Shown: piece by piece, positions 1 to 10,748 of the stretch
Layout: each line of letters begins with the position of its first letter
Numbering within the stretch: the first letter of the stretch is position 1
Assembly (NCBI RefSeq): GCF_000350105.1
Contig: NZ_CAIY01000016.1
Coordinates: 16,609-48,608, forward strand
Source: Richelia intracellularis HH01
GTDB taxonomy: Bacteria > Cyanobacteriota > Cyanobacteriia > Cyanobacteriales > Nostocaceae
Direction: 5' to 3'
Length of the DNA stretch: 32,000 nucleotides
Made by a program: the position numbers and the translations under genes
Notes under the pieces: generated by a model
Seen by the model: only the letters and a program-made list of their open reading frames with translations
What the model was told of the DNA's origin: nothing
Databases searched by the model: none

Positions 1-45
1 TGTAATTGGATTGAGTTTACCCCTGCTCAGGCAGATGCTGAGTGA
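1..45 (+). CDS. Possible 3' end of a CDS truncated by the window edge (frame reads ...CNWIEFTPAQADAE then TGA)
   Basis: Frame 1 is open from base 1 to TGA at 43-45 and the peptide composition looks coding. Too short to identify. Confidence 0.35.
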   Translation, partial: CNWIEFTPAQADAE

Positions 46-556
46 TTTAGACTACCGTATTTTAGATTTTTGGTAATAAATCAATTAACAAATTTAATTA
101 TTTTACTCACCTTTTTGGTAGGACAAGTATTTTTGTATCGATAGATAATACATTAATCATTTCAAAATACCTTGTGGATTTATCATAAATTTCATTGTAA
201 TAAATTAACATAGTTTTCATGGGGTTTATTGAAGCACTTATATGAAATAATTGTTTTATGATGCTCATATAATTTGTCGATTATTATTTTAATTTAATCC
301 CCAATAATATTAAATTAGTCTAGGATTAAAGACTTAAGTAATCACAAATAATTTTAGTTAGGTACTTTATAATGTTTTATTCCTTATATTCAAGGTGAGC
401 TTGAACTATTGCTTTTTTTAGTTGAGTTTATATATAAAACTGCTTTGTTTCGTAATAGGATAAGAGTATTTTCCGCATTTTATTCAGAATATATGTTATT
501 TACCTCATAAATCTATAGATTAGTAAGCAAGTTATTTTGCTCTCAACCAACTAATT

Positions 557-1075
557 ATGTCTAACTTCCCAGATTCCTATACAGTCTCCTCTCCTTACCT
601 TTATATGCATTTGTCCTTAATTTCAGTTGTTTTTATTTCTCTTCTTATCAATGCCATTTATTTAGTATTTACCCCCGATGCGATTGCATTGACACAGATA
701 AAATTATTTGAAGTATCTTACCATGAGTGTACTCCAGAAATAGCTAAAGGGTTAGTAAATAGCAATAGTCGAAACATTCTGCCAGCAAACTGTTTCATTG
801 TCACTGGAAAAGCTGAAAATACAACAAATCAAACAGTCTATGATGCAGACATTTTTGGGCGTGTTTATGATGCTAACAATGACCCAGTAATGCAAAACCG
901 AAATAGACTAGGCTCCATTCCAGAAGTTTCTCCAGGAATAAATGATTTCAACCTGAGAATTTCCGTACCTACAAATCAGCCAACTCCACTAAAACTGAAA
1001 AAGTTTAAAGCAGTAGGATTTAGTTCTTCTGTTAGACCAGAAAAATTATACTTAAATTTAGAATCACAACATTAA
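557..1075 (+). CDS. Conserved-looking hypothetical protein, with a probable N-terminal membrane/signal segment and a soluble domain
   Basis: 172-aa ORF with a hydrophobic N-terminal stretch (LSLISVVFISLLINAIYLVF) and a soluble domain with NCFIVTGKAENTTNQTVYDADIFGRVYDAN, resembling an FxLYD-like beta domain. The resemblance is by eye only. Confidence 0.65.
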   Translation: MSNFPDSYTVSSPYLYMHLSLISVVFISLLINAIYLVFTPDAIALTQIKLFEVSYHECTPEIAKGLVNSNSRNILPANCFIVTGKAENTTNQTVYDADIFGRVYDANNDPVMQNRNRLGSIPEVSPGINDFNLRISVPTNQPTPLKLKKFKAVGFSSSVRPEKLYLNLESQH

Positions 1076-1098
1076 AACCCAAGGAGAATCAGAGATAC

Positions 1099-1143
1099 TG
1101 TAGAGATACTTTATATGTTACTGATGATCAAAGTATCTCTACA
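1099..1143. terminator. Hairpin between convergent genes, candidate bidirectional terminator
   Basis: Perfect 14-bp inverted repeat: TGTAGAGATACTTT (1099-1112) and AAAGTATCTCTACA (1130-1143), loop 17 nt. It lies between the stop of the + ORF (1075) and the stop of the - YggT ORF (1169). No strong U-tract. Confidence 0.5.
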
Positions 1144-1168
1144 AATTGAAAAAAATACAAATTCTTAC

Positions 1169-1447
1169 TCAGAACCCAGATAAAAAAGATACTCGGGATA
1201 GTTGGAATAAAACATCTCTCAATATTTGTAAGGCAATAAAAGCCAAAATAGGTGAAAAGTCCATACCTCCGAAAGGTGGGATAATGGAACGGAATAGACC
1301 TAGATAGGGGTCAGTAACTTGGCTAAGTGCTGCAAATGGTTGGTTATACCAATTAATATTAGGGAACCAACTCAAAAGCACACGTATAAATAGCAAGGAG
1401 CTATAAATTCCAATAAAAGTAGCGAGTGTGGTAACTAATAAATTCAT
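1169..1447 (-). CDS. YggT family (YlmG-like) membrane protein
   Basis: 92-aa ORF with the family pattern FIRVLLSWFPNINWYNQPFAALSQVTDPYLGLFRSIIPPFGGMDFSPILAF. Confidence 0.9.
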   Translation of the reverse strand: MNLLVTTLATFIGIYSSLLFIRVLLSWFPNINWYNQPFAALSQVTDPYLGLFRSIIPPFGGMDFSPILAFIALQILRDVLFQLSRVSFLSGF

Positions 1448-1698
1448 GAACTATGATATTTCCTACTCAATTTAAATGATACTTTAATTATTGATTTTAA
1501 TGGAGGGATAGTCATAATGTCTGCTATTTTTAAAACTCCACTTTCGCAAATATCATAATTAATTGCTCAGGGGAATTGATTCAAAAGCATTTTATTTTAC
1601 ACAAATATATTTTTTTGGAGGGATATTCAAAATAATTATGGCTTAACAATCAACATAATTTGTTTTTAGAGTTACATGGATCCCTTCTCCGTTTACAA

Positions 1699-2052
1699 CT
1701 ATGTGTTACTGGTGTGATTGCTATTGACAGGTACTGAACTTTGACCGACATTTCCTAACTGTTGTCTAACTTCATCAATAGTAATGTTTAACTGGGCTAT
1801 TTTTTCTTCGAGGGATCGCCGAGTCATTTCCATATTAATTTCACTGTTTGTAACTTTAATCTGTTTTGGTTTTCTATGGCTTTGGTAGGTTTCAACAGAT
1901 CCACTATGAACCTGTGATTCTTCTACAGATTGTTCCATATCACCTCGACTAGCAAGAATAGAACCAATAATACCTCCTACCAAGCTACCAAGAACAGCTC
2001 CAGCCAAAAACCCACTTCCAAAACCTTCTCGCTGATTCATACTTTTAACCAC
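1699..2052 (-). CDS. YtxH/gas-vesicle-protein-like small protein with a glycine-rich transmembrane segment and a coiled-coil tail
   Basis: 117-aa ORF. GFGSGFLAGAVLGSLVGGIIGSILASR at the N-terminus, charged helical C-terminus. The start is probably the internal Met (MNQREGFGSG). Confidence 0.7.
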   Translation of the reverse strand: MVKSMNQREGFGSGFLAGAVLGSLVGGIIGSILASRGDMEQSVEESQVHSGSVETYQSHRKPKQIKVTNSEINMEMTRRSLEEKIAQLNITIDEVRQQLGNVGQSSVPVNSNHTSNT

Positions 2053-2122
2053 TACGACTAAACTTTGCTAATTTCAGGATGTTCATTTATGATTTATCAC
2101 CTGAATTTTGCTATATCCCAAC

Positions 2123-2773
2123 TCAATTACCAAAAATACGATTGCCAGCATCTCCCAATCCAGGTAAAACCAAACCCTGGTCATTTATGGTTTGATCAAT
2201 TGTTGCCGCATAAACAATAAGACCAGGGTAATTTTTACCCAATTGTTGTAAAGCGAGGGAGGATGAAACGACACAAATAACTCTAGTTAAAGATGGATCT
2301 ATTCCTCGCTGTAATAATTCCGACATTGCTACCATAATTGACCCCCCTGTTGCCAATATTGGTTCAGTAATTAAAACTCGCGTCTGGGGATCAAATTTTT
2401 CTGGCATGGAGTTCAAATAGCAACTATGCTGTAATGTTTCTTCATTACGCTGTAAACCTAAGTGATAAATGGAAGCTAGAGGTAACAATGTCTGTGCACC
2501 CTCTAGTAGTGCCAGTCCTGCACGCAGAATAGGTATAACTGCCACTGGTACTTCTGCATCAATAAAAGTAGCATCACATGTCTCCAAAGGAGTTTGCACT
2601 AACATATCTCTAGTCGGTAGCCATTCTCTGGCTGCTTCATAGGCTAACCAGCGACCTAGTTCTATAATGGCACTCCGGAACAGCACGGAGGGTGTATTTA
2701 CATCACGGGCTACCGCTAACCAGTGTTTAATTAAGGGATGGGGGGGAATATAAACCCGTAATTGTTGGGACAT
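2123..2773 (-). CDS. upp: Uracil phosphoribosyltransferase
   Basis: 216-aa ORF with PVAVIPILRAGLALLEGAQTLLP and a PRPP-binding-like region VLITEPILATGGSIMVAMSELLQRG. Confidence 0.85.
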   Translation of the reverse strand: MSQQLRVYIPPHPLIKHWLAVARDVNTPSVLFRSAIIELGRWLAYEAAREWLPTRDMLVQTPLETCDATFIDAEVPVAVIPILRAGLALLEGAQTLLPLASIYHLGLQRNEETLQHSCYLNSMPEKFDPQTRVLITEPILATGGSIMVAMSELLQRGIDPSLTRVICVVSSSLALQQLGKNYPGLIVYAATIDQTINDQGLVLPGLGDAGNRIFGN

Positions 2774-3271
2774 AAATGATCAGAAGGATCAATCCGTATA
2801 ACAACTGAAACAACATCATAACCTGTTACTGTATTAAACTGGTATTTACAAAAATCAAATTACAATATCAATAAATGTAAAAAATATTAACAGAATAAAT
2901 CTACCCTGTGATTAATTCCATTATGTATGTGCGTATTGTACAGTCTTTATCTCATATTAATCAGGCAAGTCAACTATTATAGTCTGATTCTTTCAAGTAA
3001 AAAATACTCAAAATGATTAAACTAATAAGATTTAATATCATTAATTGTTTGATCTCAACAATTTTTATTGAGATGATTTATTAAAACATCTATAATTTAC
3101 ATATGTTGGAGTTTTTCTCTCTTTATAAGGATGAGAGAAAGGGTAAATCTGCAATTTCAGACTGCCCTGTTTTCTATCATTTTTTGAGTGAGGTAAGTTT
3201 AAAATCTAACATTGATTTTAGTATCATTTAATAAGTGTTAACTGAATCAATAGTAATTAAACGATGGCTCC

Positions 3272-4813
3272 ATGCAGCAAAAAACTTATCCTGTAAAAGC
3301 AAAAGTTAGCCAACAATTAGATGTGATCATTGTAGGCTCTGGAATTGGCGGATTGGTCACGGCAACTCAACTCGCAGAAAAAGGTGCAAACGTATTGGTG
3401 TTAGAAAGACACTTGGTCCCAGGGGGTAGTGCTGGCTATTTTGAACGTCAAGGTTATCATTTTGATGTTGGGGCATCAATGATATTGGGTTTTGGTAAAT
3501 ACGGTACTACTAATCTACTTACACGCGCATTGCAAACTGTGAATATGAGATTAGAAACTATACCTGATCCAGTACAAATCCACTACCATCTTCCTAATAA
3601 ATTAGATATCAAAGTTGATCGCAGCTATGAGAAATTTCTTCAAAATATTACTATGTATTTTCCATATGAAAAGCATGGAATACGAAGCTTTTACGATGAG
3701 TGCTGGCAAGTTTTTAACTATCTTAATCAAATAGATTTATTATCACTAGAAGAACCCAAATATTTATTTAGAGTTTTTCGGCAAAATCCCATAGCATGTT
3801 TAAAATTAGCCAAATATTTACCCTTGAATTTGGGAAATATAGCCAAACGCCATATTCAAGATCCTTTACTTTTGAAGTTCATCGATATTGAGTGTTATTG
3901 CTGGTCGGCAGTAACAGCAGAAATGACACCAATGATTAATGCTAGTATGGTATTTTCTGACAGGCACTATGGGGGGGTTAATTATCCGATAGGAGGTGTA
4001 GGAAAAATTGCTCAAAAATTAGTAGAGGGATTAGAAGGAGTTGGAGGTCAAATTAAATACAAGTCAAGGGTAACAAGAATATTGACTATAAATGGAAAAG
4101 CAGTAGGAGTGAAACTATCTGATGGCAAGGTTTATTACGCTAAGCGAATTGTTTCTAATGCTACTCGTTGGGATACATTCAACAAATTATTATCAGAAGA
4201 TTTAAAACCATACTGCGAATATAAATGGCAACAACGCTACCAAAAATCACCAAGTTTTCTTAATTTACATATGGGGGTAAAAGCAGAAGTATTACCTTTA
4301 GATACAGAATGCCATCATGTTATACTTGAAGACTGGAAAAAAATGACAGATGAAGAGGGAACTTTGTTTGTTTCCATTCCCACATTACTAGATGCTAAAT
4401 TGGCACCTAAGGGTTATCATATCATTCACGCATTTACCCCCCATTGGATAAGTAGATGGCAAGGTCTTTCAGCGAAAGAATACACGGTTAGAAAAGAAGA
4501 AGCTGCAGAAAGAATTATTAGGCGACTAGAGCAAATTTTTCCAAATATAAATACTGGATTAGATTATTTGGAAGTGGGAACACCCCTTACTCATCGACGC
4601 TTTTTAGGTAGGGAAGATGGAACTTATGGAGCAATTCCCCGGCAGAAATTGTGGGGTTTATTAGGAATGCCTTTTAATAGAACAGTAATTCCAGGACTAT
4701 ATTGTGTAGGTGATAGTACATTTCCTGGACAAGGTTTAAATGCGGTAGCATTTTCCGGATTTGCCTGTGCCCATAGGATTGGTGTTGATTTGGGGCTAGA
4801 CAAAATAGGATAA
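3272..4813 (+). CDS. crtH: Carotenoid (prolycopene-type) isomerase, CrtH/CrtISO family FAD-dependent protein
   Basis: 513-aa ORF. N-terminal dinucleotide-binding motif VIIVGSGIGGLVTATQLAEKGANVLVLERHLVPGGSAG, then FDVGASMILGFGKYGTTNLLTRAL and C-terminal GLYCVGDSTFPGQGLNAVAFSGFACAHRI. Confidence 0.87.
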   Translation: MQQKTYPVKAKVSQQLDVIIVGSGIGGLVTATQLAEKGANVLVLERHLVPGGSAGYFERQGYHFDVGASMILGFGKYGTTNLLTRALQTVNMRLETIPDPVQIHYHLPNKLDIKVDRSYEKFLQNITMYFPYEKHGIRSFYDECWQVFNYLNQIDLLSLEEPKYLFRVFRQNPIACLKLAKYLPLNLGNIAKRHIQDPLLLKFIDIECYCWSAVTAEMTPMINASMVFSDRHYGGVNYPIGGVGKIAQKLVEGLEGVGGQIKYKSRVTRILTINGKAVGVKLSDGKVYYAKRIVSNATRWDTFNKLLSEDLKPYCEYKWQQRYQKSPSFLNLHMGVKAEVLPLDTECHHVILEDWKKMTDEEGTLFVSIPTLLDAKLAPKGYHIIHAFTPHWISRWQGLSAKEYTVRKEEAAERIIRRLEQIFPNINTGLDYLEVGTPLTHRRFLGREDGTYGAIPRQKLWGLLGMPFNRTVIPGLYCVGDSTFPGQGLNAVAFSGFACAHRIGVDLGLDKIG

Positions 4814-5074
4814 TTCACTGTAATTCCAAGGGAAATAAAGTTTTTGTATTCTTTTCAAAAATCTATTCGGCCATTAGGTAATCTTTATGGCTTTCTGTGT
4901 TTTAAGATAAGTTAAATATTTAAAATATGTCCTTTGCAGATAATCACTAACTTTCCAAGGTTTTGAAAATAGTGATAATATACCTATCTTCCACAAAATT
5001 CATGTGCATCATTAATTGGATTTAAAAACCTATGATAAACACATCATTTATAATCCAAACATAAATCCAAATTT

Positions 5075-5122
5075 GCAAGTTCTGGGGTTGTTTTTTTTAA
5101 AAAAAACAACCTCAGAACTTGC
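5075..5122. repeat. 48-bp near-perfect palindrome (24-bp arms, no spacer)
   Basis: GCAAGTTCTGGGGTTGTTTTTTTT/AAAAAAAACAACCTCAGAACTTGC. One mismatch, which would be a G.U pair in + strand RNA. It lies between crtH (+) and tRNA-Val (-). Confidence 0.9.
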
Positions 5123-5243
5123 CCTGGAGAAAAAGCTTAAATCATAGAGTCAAGAAACACAATATCATCAAAGAGTACCAATGTTTGAGAAAAACAAAAT
5201 TCTCTCGGATATTCAGTTCAAAGTCAGTAAAACAAAAGCAAGT

Positions 5244-5317
<74 letters not shown>

Positions 5318-6834
5318 TATCTAAGTATCTTAAATACTAGCATAAATATTTTTATCCAGAAACCTTGTAATCACTGATTAAGTAGAATCTATGTTCTATA
5401 CTGGGATAAGTTATTATAAGTTACCAATTGATAATTTACTGTAATGTTCCTACGAGTTCATTCCAATTTATAGGAAAAGATTTAACAAATCCTTAAATTT
5501 GGCAATTGCTTGATTTTAAGGTGTACATTAATTTCATATTGCTTAATACACAATAATATCCTTCTCATATCACTAAAAATTAAACAATAATTTTGGAAAA
5601 TTTATCCTGCTAATAATCAAGTATAATATCTATTATAAGGATTATATATTAATAGAAATTCCCTAGTTTTTTTACTTGCTATAAGTCATGTTTAATTGTT
5701 AAATAAATCATAATGTTAAGGTATACTATTATACTAATTTTTTTATACAGTATATTGTGGTGAAATACTCCTATTTTCTAATCCTAAGAAGTAAAGGAAT
5801 TTTAATAAATAAGCAAGATAATGAACTGTTTCCGAGTGTACAATTGATTTACAGAATATATTTCTTCTCTGATCTTTGCAGATAACTTTATTTATATTTA
5901 GGCTTGCTAGTTGTATTTTTGAACTTTGGTAAATTCTAAATTTAGCTTATTATTTTTTACTAGGTTACTTCATTTTATTTGTAGATGTTGATAAAATTAC
6001 AGTGTAATATTCAACAATAATTAACATAAATACCTCAGTATACTAAAAACCTTAATTAATTTTTCATAGGTTTTAATTGAATTGCTGAGATGATACTTTT
6101 TCCCTACTAAAGCATGTTCTAAATTATCTTATAGCCTATTAATTAGTGAGCTTAGTACTATTAACATCCTAATAAAATTCCCAGTTAACTAACTACCACA
6201 TAATATTTGAAGGAAAATAGAATTTCAAATCACTTATATTTGTCCTTTTGCGGCTGAAATTTAAGTATTACTGAAAATTATATTGGGGTAAAATAGAACA
6301 TAATTTTGGTTCACAGAAAGTTTAAATCTCTATAATAGGGAAACTAGTGTTCTACTACTTAATCTAGTCATTGCCTAATTTAGCAGCTCTGATTTCAGCC
6401 CTAAATACTAGGTATAGCAATTGCTATTTTCCATTATTTTCGAACATATCTCATTGCCAATTAATTTGCATACTAGAAGGCTTCCAAAAAATAATTAGCT
6501 TTTATTAATTATTTGTTAATTTTCTCATTACATTATAATAATATATTTAAAATTGTGATGTACAACTGTCACATAATAGTTTGGAGAATATACTTGAGTT
6601 TAAAGTATATTTAATATAATAAAAATATCTAAAATACATATTTTATTTTCAATAATGAAAATAAAATATAAGTACCAAGCATGGAATATTCCCAATTATA
6701 ATTATTATTTTATATAGCAAAGTAGAAAATTAAATGTAAATTAATTGAGAGCTAATAACTTTCTCTAGTAGTAATAATAGTTTCTAGTTTTTGTTAAAGT
6801 TAGTTAGGTTAATTAGTAATTATAATATAGAAAA

Positions 6835-7614
6835 ATGTTAACAGCTTTAATTACTGGTGCTTCTGTTGGAATTGGTAAGTCTTTTGCAGAAAAGCTGGCA
6901 GCAAATGGTACAAACCTTGTTCTTGTAGCTCGTTCGGGAAGTAAACTTGCAAAATTACGTCAAAAAATACAGGAGAAATATAATGTTAAAACTGAAATAA
7001 TTGTTCAAGACTTAACAGAACCTGATGCTTGTAATAATGTATTTAATATCACTCAGGGAAAAAATTTAACTATTGATTTACTAGTCAATAATGCTGGCTT
7101 TGGTGACTATGGCGAGTTTGCCCAGAGGGATGGGGAACAGCAAATTAAAATGTTGCAATTAAATGTATTGGCATTAGTGGATTTAACTCATAAATATTTA
7201 CCACTGATGCAAATGCGTAACAAGGGAAGTATCATTAATATATCTTCCATTAGCGGTTTTCAGCCCATACCTTATTTTTCTGTGTATGCTGCAAGTAAAG
7301 CATTTGTACTTCATTTTAGCGAGGCTTTATGGGCGGAAAATAAGCACTATGGAGTAAGAGTACTAGCTGTTTGTCCTGGTCCTACGGATACCAACTTTTT
7401 TACTGCTGCAGATTTACCCATGGATGTTGTCAGGAAAGCCAATTCCATCTCCACACCAGAGGAAGTAGTTAATAATGCTCTTAATTCCTTAGAAAAGGGG
7501 AAGTCCATTGCTGTCACTGGTGGTTTTATTAATCAAGCTATAGTTAATATTTCCAGATTCCTGCCTAGGGAAATGACAGTTAAAATTTTATCAAAGCTGT
7601 TTAGTTCACTATAG
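6835..7614 (+). CDS. Short-chain dehydrogenase/reductase (SDR) family oxidoreductase
   Basis: 259-aa ORF with TGASVGIG, NNAG, ISS and YAASK active-site motifs, and CPGPTDTNF. Confidence 0.93.
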   Translation: MLTALITGASVGIGKSFAEKLAANGTNLVLVARSGSKLAKLRQKIQEKYNVKTEIIVQDLTEPDACNNVFNITQGKNLTIDLLVNNAGFGDYGEFAQRDGEQQIKMLQLNVLALVDLTHKYLPLMQMRNKGSIINISSISGFQPIPYFSVYAASKAFVLHFSEALWAENKHYGVRVLAVCPGPTDTNFFTAADLPMDVVRKANSISTPEEVVNNALNSLEKGKSIAVTGGFINQAIVNISRFLPREMTVKILSKLFSSL

Positions 7615-7854
7615 AATAAACGTACTAACGCTGATTTTCTAGAAAGCTGTTGGGAAATTTACTGATCAAATTTTCTATAAATTTTATATCTTTGTTTTAG
7701 GATGGAGTTAATTATAGGTGAATTTTGTAAAACCCTAAAATTAAGGTTTACCAGGAATATTACAATTCTAATGGAGGATAATAATCCCACTATATTTTCC
7801 TTAAATAGTTTTAACAGAATACTAGATACAAAATGAGTACTCTTCTATACAAAC

Positions 7855-7889
7855 ACTTTGTAGACTTTGTAGACTTTGTAGACTTTGTA
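7855..7889. repeat. Tandem 9-bp repeat, about 3.9 copies of ACTTTGTAG
   Basis: ACTTTGTAG x3 followed by ACTTTGTA. Confidence 0.93.
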
Positions 7890-8079
7890 AAATTTCCAAG
7901 TATTAATTTTCATAAGTAAATCCACAATACAATTTTCCATTAATTTTGGCACTAGAAATAAGTGTCCTAAGACAATATTTATAAATCAAGACAGACATAA
8001 AAGAATATGAATAGATAAAAGACAAAAGGGTTAGCAATCTAAAATCATAAATTTCTTTTGACCTATTTTATAGAAAGAC

Positions 8080-8859
8080 TTATACATACCTAGTTAGTTG
8101 AACTCGATAGCGCTCTTTTTTTGTCACAGTGATATTGCCTACTTTTAAACGCCCCTTACCACGAATGGAGATTAAATCACCAGATTTAATTTGAGAACTA
8201 GCTTGTATGATTTCTTTCCAGTTAACTCTTACATTTCCACAAGTAATTAGTCCAAGCATTTTACTTCGAGACATCCCAAAACCAGCAGATGCAATGGCAT
8301 CTAATCTTAAAGACGCTTCTACAGTGGTCAATTCTTTTTTACGAGGTTCCTGAACTTTTAGCTCACTTAAATTAATGGGTTCTACTTTCACAGTAACTGA
8401 CCGCACTTTTTTAAGATTAAGTTCTAAGAATCCCACCAAATCTGGTATAAATATAGCTTGTGCCCCCCTTTCTCCCAACAAATTAATATCTCCTATCTTT
8501 CCCCGTATAATCCCAGTATCTAAAATTGCACCCAAAAAGTCACGGTGGCTAGCTGTATCGAAAAGAAAATTGCCTGAAATATTTACAGCTGCAATCGTCA
8601 CTTGACATTGTTCTAGGAGTAATTCTGAACATGCAATTGCAACTCTTTGTCGTTCTGCTTGGGGATAACCCCCCCAAGCTAATATATTTACTTCTGTTAA
8701 TCGGCTGAAAACTTGTTGTGTTTCTGCTAACTCAAGGGGAGATAAAAAGTCTGTTAATACTACTTCCCAAGTTCTAATTGCTTGTTCTGCTAAATCAATC
8801 ACACGAGCTATAGTTTCTCGACTTTCAATACCCTTTAAAATCTTTTCCCTTGGCAGCAT
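8080..8859 (-). CDS. Photosystem II S4-domain / YlmH-like RNA-binding protein
   Basis: 259-aa ORF with a C-terminal S4 domain (LRLDAIASAGFGMSRSKMLGLITCGNVRVNWKEIIQASSQIKSGDLISIRGKGRLKV) and a YlmH-like N-terminal part. Confidence 0.86.
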   Translation of the reverse strand: MLPREKILKGIESRETIARVIDLAEQAIRTWEVVLTDFLSPLELAETQQVFSRLTEVNILAWGGYPQAERQRVAIACSELLLEQCQVTIAAVNISGNFLFDTASHRDFLGAILDTGIIRGKIGDINLLGERGAQAIFIPDLVGFLELNLKKVRSVTVKVEPINLSELKVQEPRKKELTTVEASLRLDAIASAGFGMSRSKMLGLITCGNVRVNWKEIIQASSQIKSGDLISIRGKGRLKVGNITVTKKERYRVQLTRYV

Positions 8860-8917
8860 TATTAATAATAATAAACAACGAATTCTGAATGATAAATTAG
8901 GAAATTTATGTAATTCC

Positions 8918-9427
8918 CTAATATCTTAGATTTAGATCTGTATAATCCTGAAGATTTTCTGGATCAAATTGCCGTAGAATCAGTCTTGCTCTGTATGTAG
9001 TATTTTCTGATTCTTGGACTACAATCAAATATTTGTTGGCATTTAATCTATTTCTATATGTTAACGCATTACCACTTCCAGTCAATAAACCAAAGCCACC
9101 ACCTACGAATATACTGCCTAAAGCGCCACTAAGTGCACCCAAAAGCCCGCCAACAATGTGATTACCAATTTCACCAGCCCAAGCAAATGTTTGCAGATCT
9201 GTAATGAAACTGAATGAAGAGCCTGCAAAAAAACCAAATGGAACTAACCATAAAGCCATTAACTTCAATTGTTTTCTTGCGGACTCTTTTGGATCAACTA
9301 AACCAAATTCATCAGCTGTCTTATATCCTTTACCTATAATTGTGCTTTGAATTTCTTGCTTTTCCAAAGCTAAATAAGCAGCTTCTGCTTTCATTCTGTC
9401 TGATAATATAGCAATAAGATAATTCAT
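8918..9427 (-). CDS. Hypothetical membrane-associated protein with a glycine-zipper-like segment
   Basis: 169-aa ORF with two hydrophobic segments, including HIVGGLLGALSGALGSIFVGGGFGLLTG. N-terminus reads MNYLIAILSDRMKAEAAYLAL. Confidence 0.7.
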   Translation of the reverse strand: MNYLIAILSDRMKAEAAYLALEKQEIQSTIIGKGYKTADEFGLVDPKESARKQLKLMALWLVPFGFFAGSSFSFITDLQTFAWAGEIGNHIVGGLLGALSGALGSIFVGGGFGLLTGSGNALTYRNRLNANKYLIVVQESENTTYRARLILRQFDPENLQDYTDLNLRY

Positions 9428-10748
9428 AAGCTTAATGGTTTTAGTAGAATTGGCATACTTTTCATATTATTTATGACTAATATAGTTTTGCTAAATCCAC
9501 TTGCTATTTTACTCATCACGATCATAACTATTTGCAACTATTTCTAATTGTAGAATTATATACAATTTAGCTGTAATAATTAGTTATTTAACGGGATAAA
9601 TTTTTGTGGGATAAGTCTTTGGAACTAGATTTGTAGGCAAATTATGTAAATAACAATTTGCCTAAACTGAGAAATGTTATTGTATTCATCATACCAAAAG
9701 CATAGAAATAATGCCGTGTTTATCCTTATTAGGGATATTCTTACCTGAGCTCATTAATATATAAGTGTTTTGTTAACAGAGAATATTTTATACTGTACCA
9801 GACTTACAACAACAATATTTGTATTAGTAATATGTTTATATTGGGTAAATACTCAACTAACTATCTATAATTAGTGTCTCGTGTAATTTAAACTGTAGGG
9901 CTGACAAAATCTGAAAGAATATTGCTGAGAAAAGTTTATTGATGGCTTTATTTATGTTTAGACTTCAACTATTAATGAATATTTTATCAAATTATTAATG
10001 AATATAAGGGAGAGAAAGTGACAAACATATTCTACTACATAGAATTTTTATAAACGTTGCTTGGGTAATTTACTCCCAATCATTTGACTTTAATCGGTTA
10101 TCTCCGGCATAAAAATTTGTAGGCCTTTTCTTGGTGAGAGCCCAACAAGTAATTATGGAAGTACAAAATAAAAATTAACTACTTTAACTCACCAAAAATA
10201 ATGATAGATAATAAGGTTTGTAAGTGGTAGGTAATGAGAGTAAGTGAGCTGGCATGGGAACATGACTAAAAATATATAATTTCCCTTAGTCTTCCAAAGA
10301 GGTATACTACGGAGAAAAACCAATTTAGACTTTTTAGATAATTGTGGTTTCTCCAGAAGCACAAGATTATTATAGGTTTTTCTCGATTACTGAGACTAAA
10401 ATCAATTCTTTAGGGAATTTATCCTTTTGTACTGCTATAAGGGAGTTTAGGTTAATTTTGATGCAGTATATTTACTTATAAATATTTAACCCACATGCCA
10501 ATATTTACTCCATGCAATTATTTATATCACTCAAATTTTGTATATTGTTCACCCCAGTAAACTTGATGATCATATATTCACCCAATTTAATCAGACTATT
10601 TGTCATAAAAATACACAAAATCATTCTTCCAGTTTGCTGAAACCAGTTAAATAATACTGTTTATAAGCAATATATTCTTATTAATTACAATGTAAAATTT
10701 GCTTATGCTTTATTTTGGGGGCTAAAGTAAGAGTCTAATAAAAGTCTA

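Noticed and set aside
4624-4818. 64-aa minus ORF opposite the end of crtH
   Set aside because: Fully antisense to a strong CDS, proline-rich shadow ORF.
6414-6427. 14-bp palindrome ATAGCAATTGCTAT
   Set aside because: Short, with no associated feature. Within chance expectation.
6835-7614. SDR protein as HetN, the heterocyst-pattern inhibitor SDR carrying RGSGR
   Set aside because: The protein contains ARSGSKL, not the RGSGR pentapeptide, and its N-terminus is a generic SDR. No support for a patterning role.
8375-8605. 76-aa + ORF
   Set aside because: Antisense to the S4-domain gene. Shadow of the coding strand's codon pattern.
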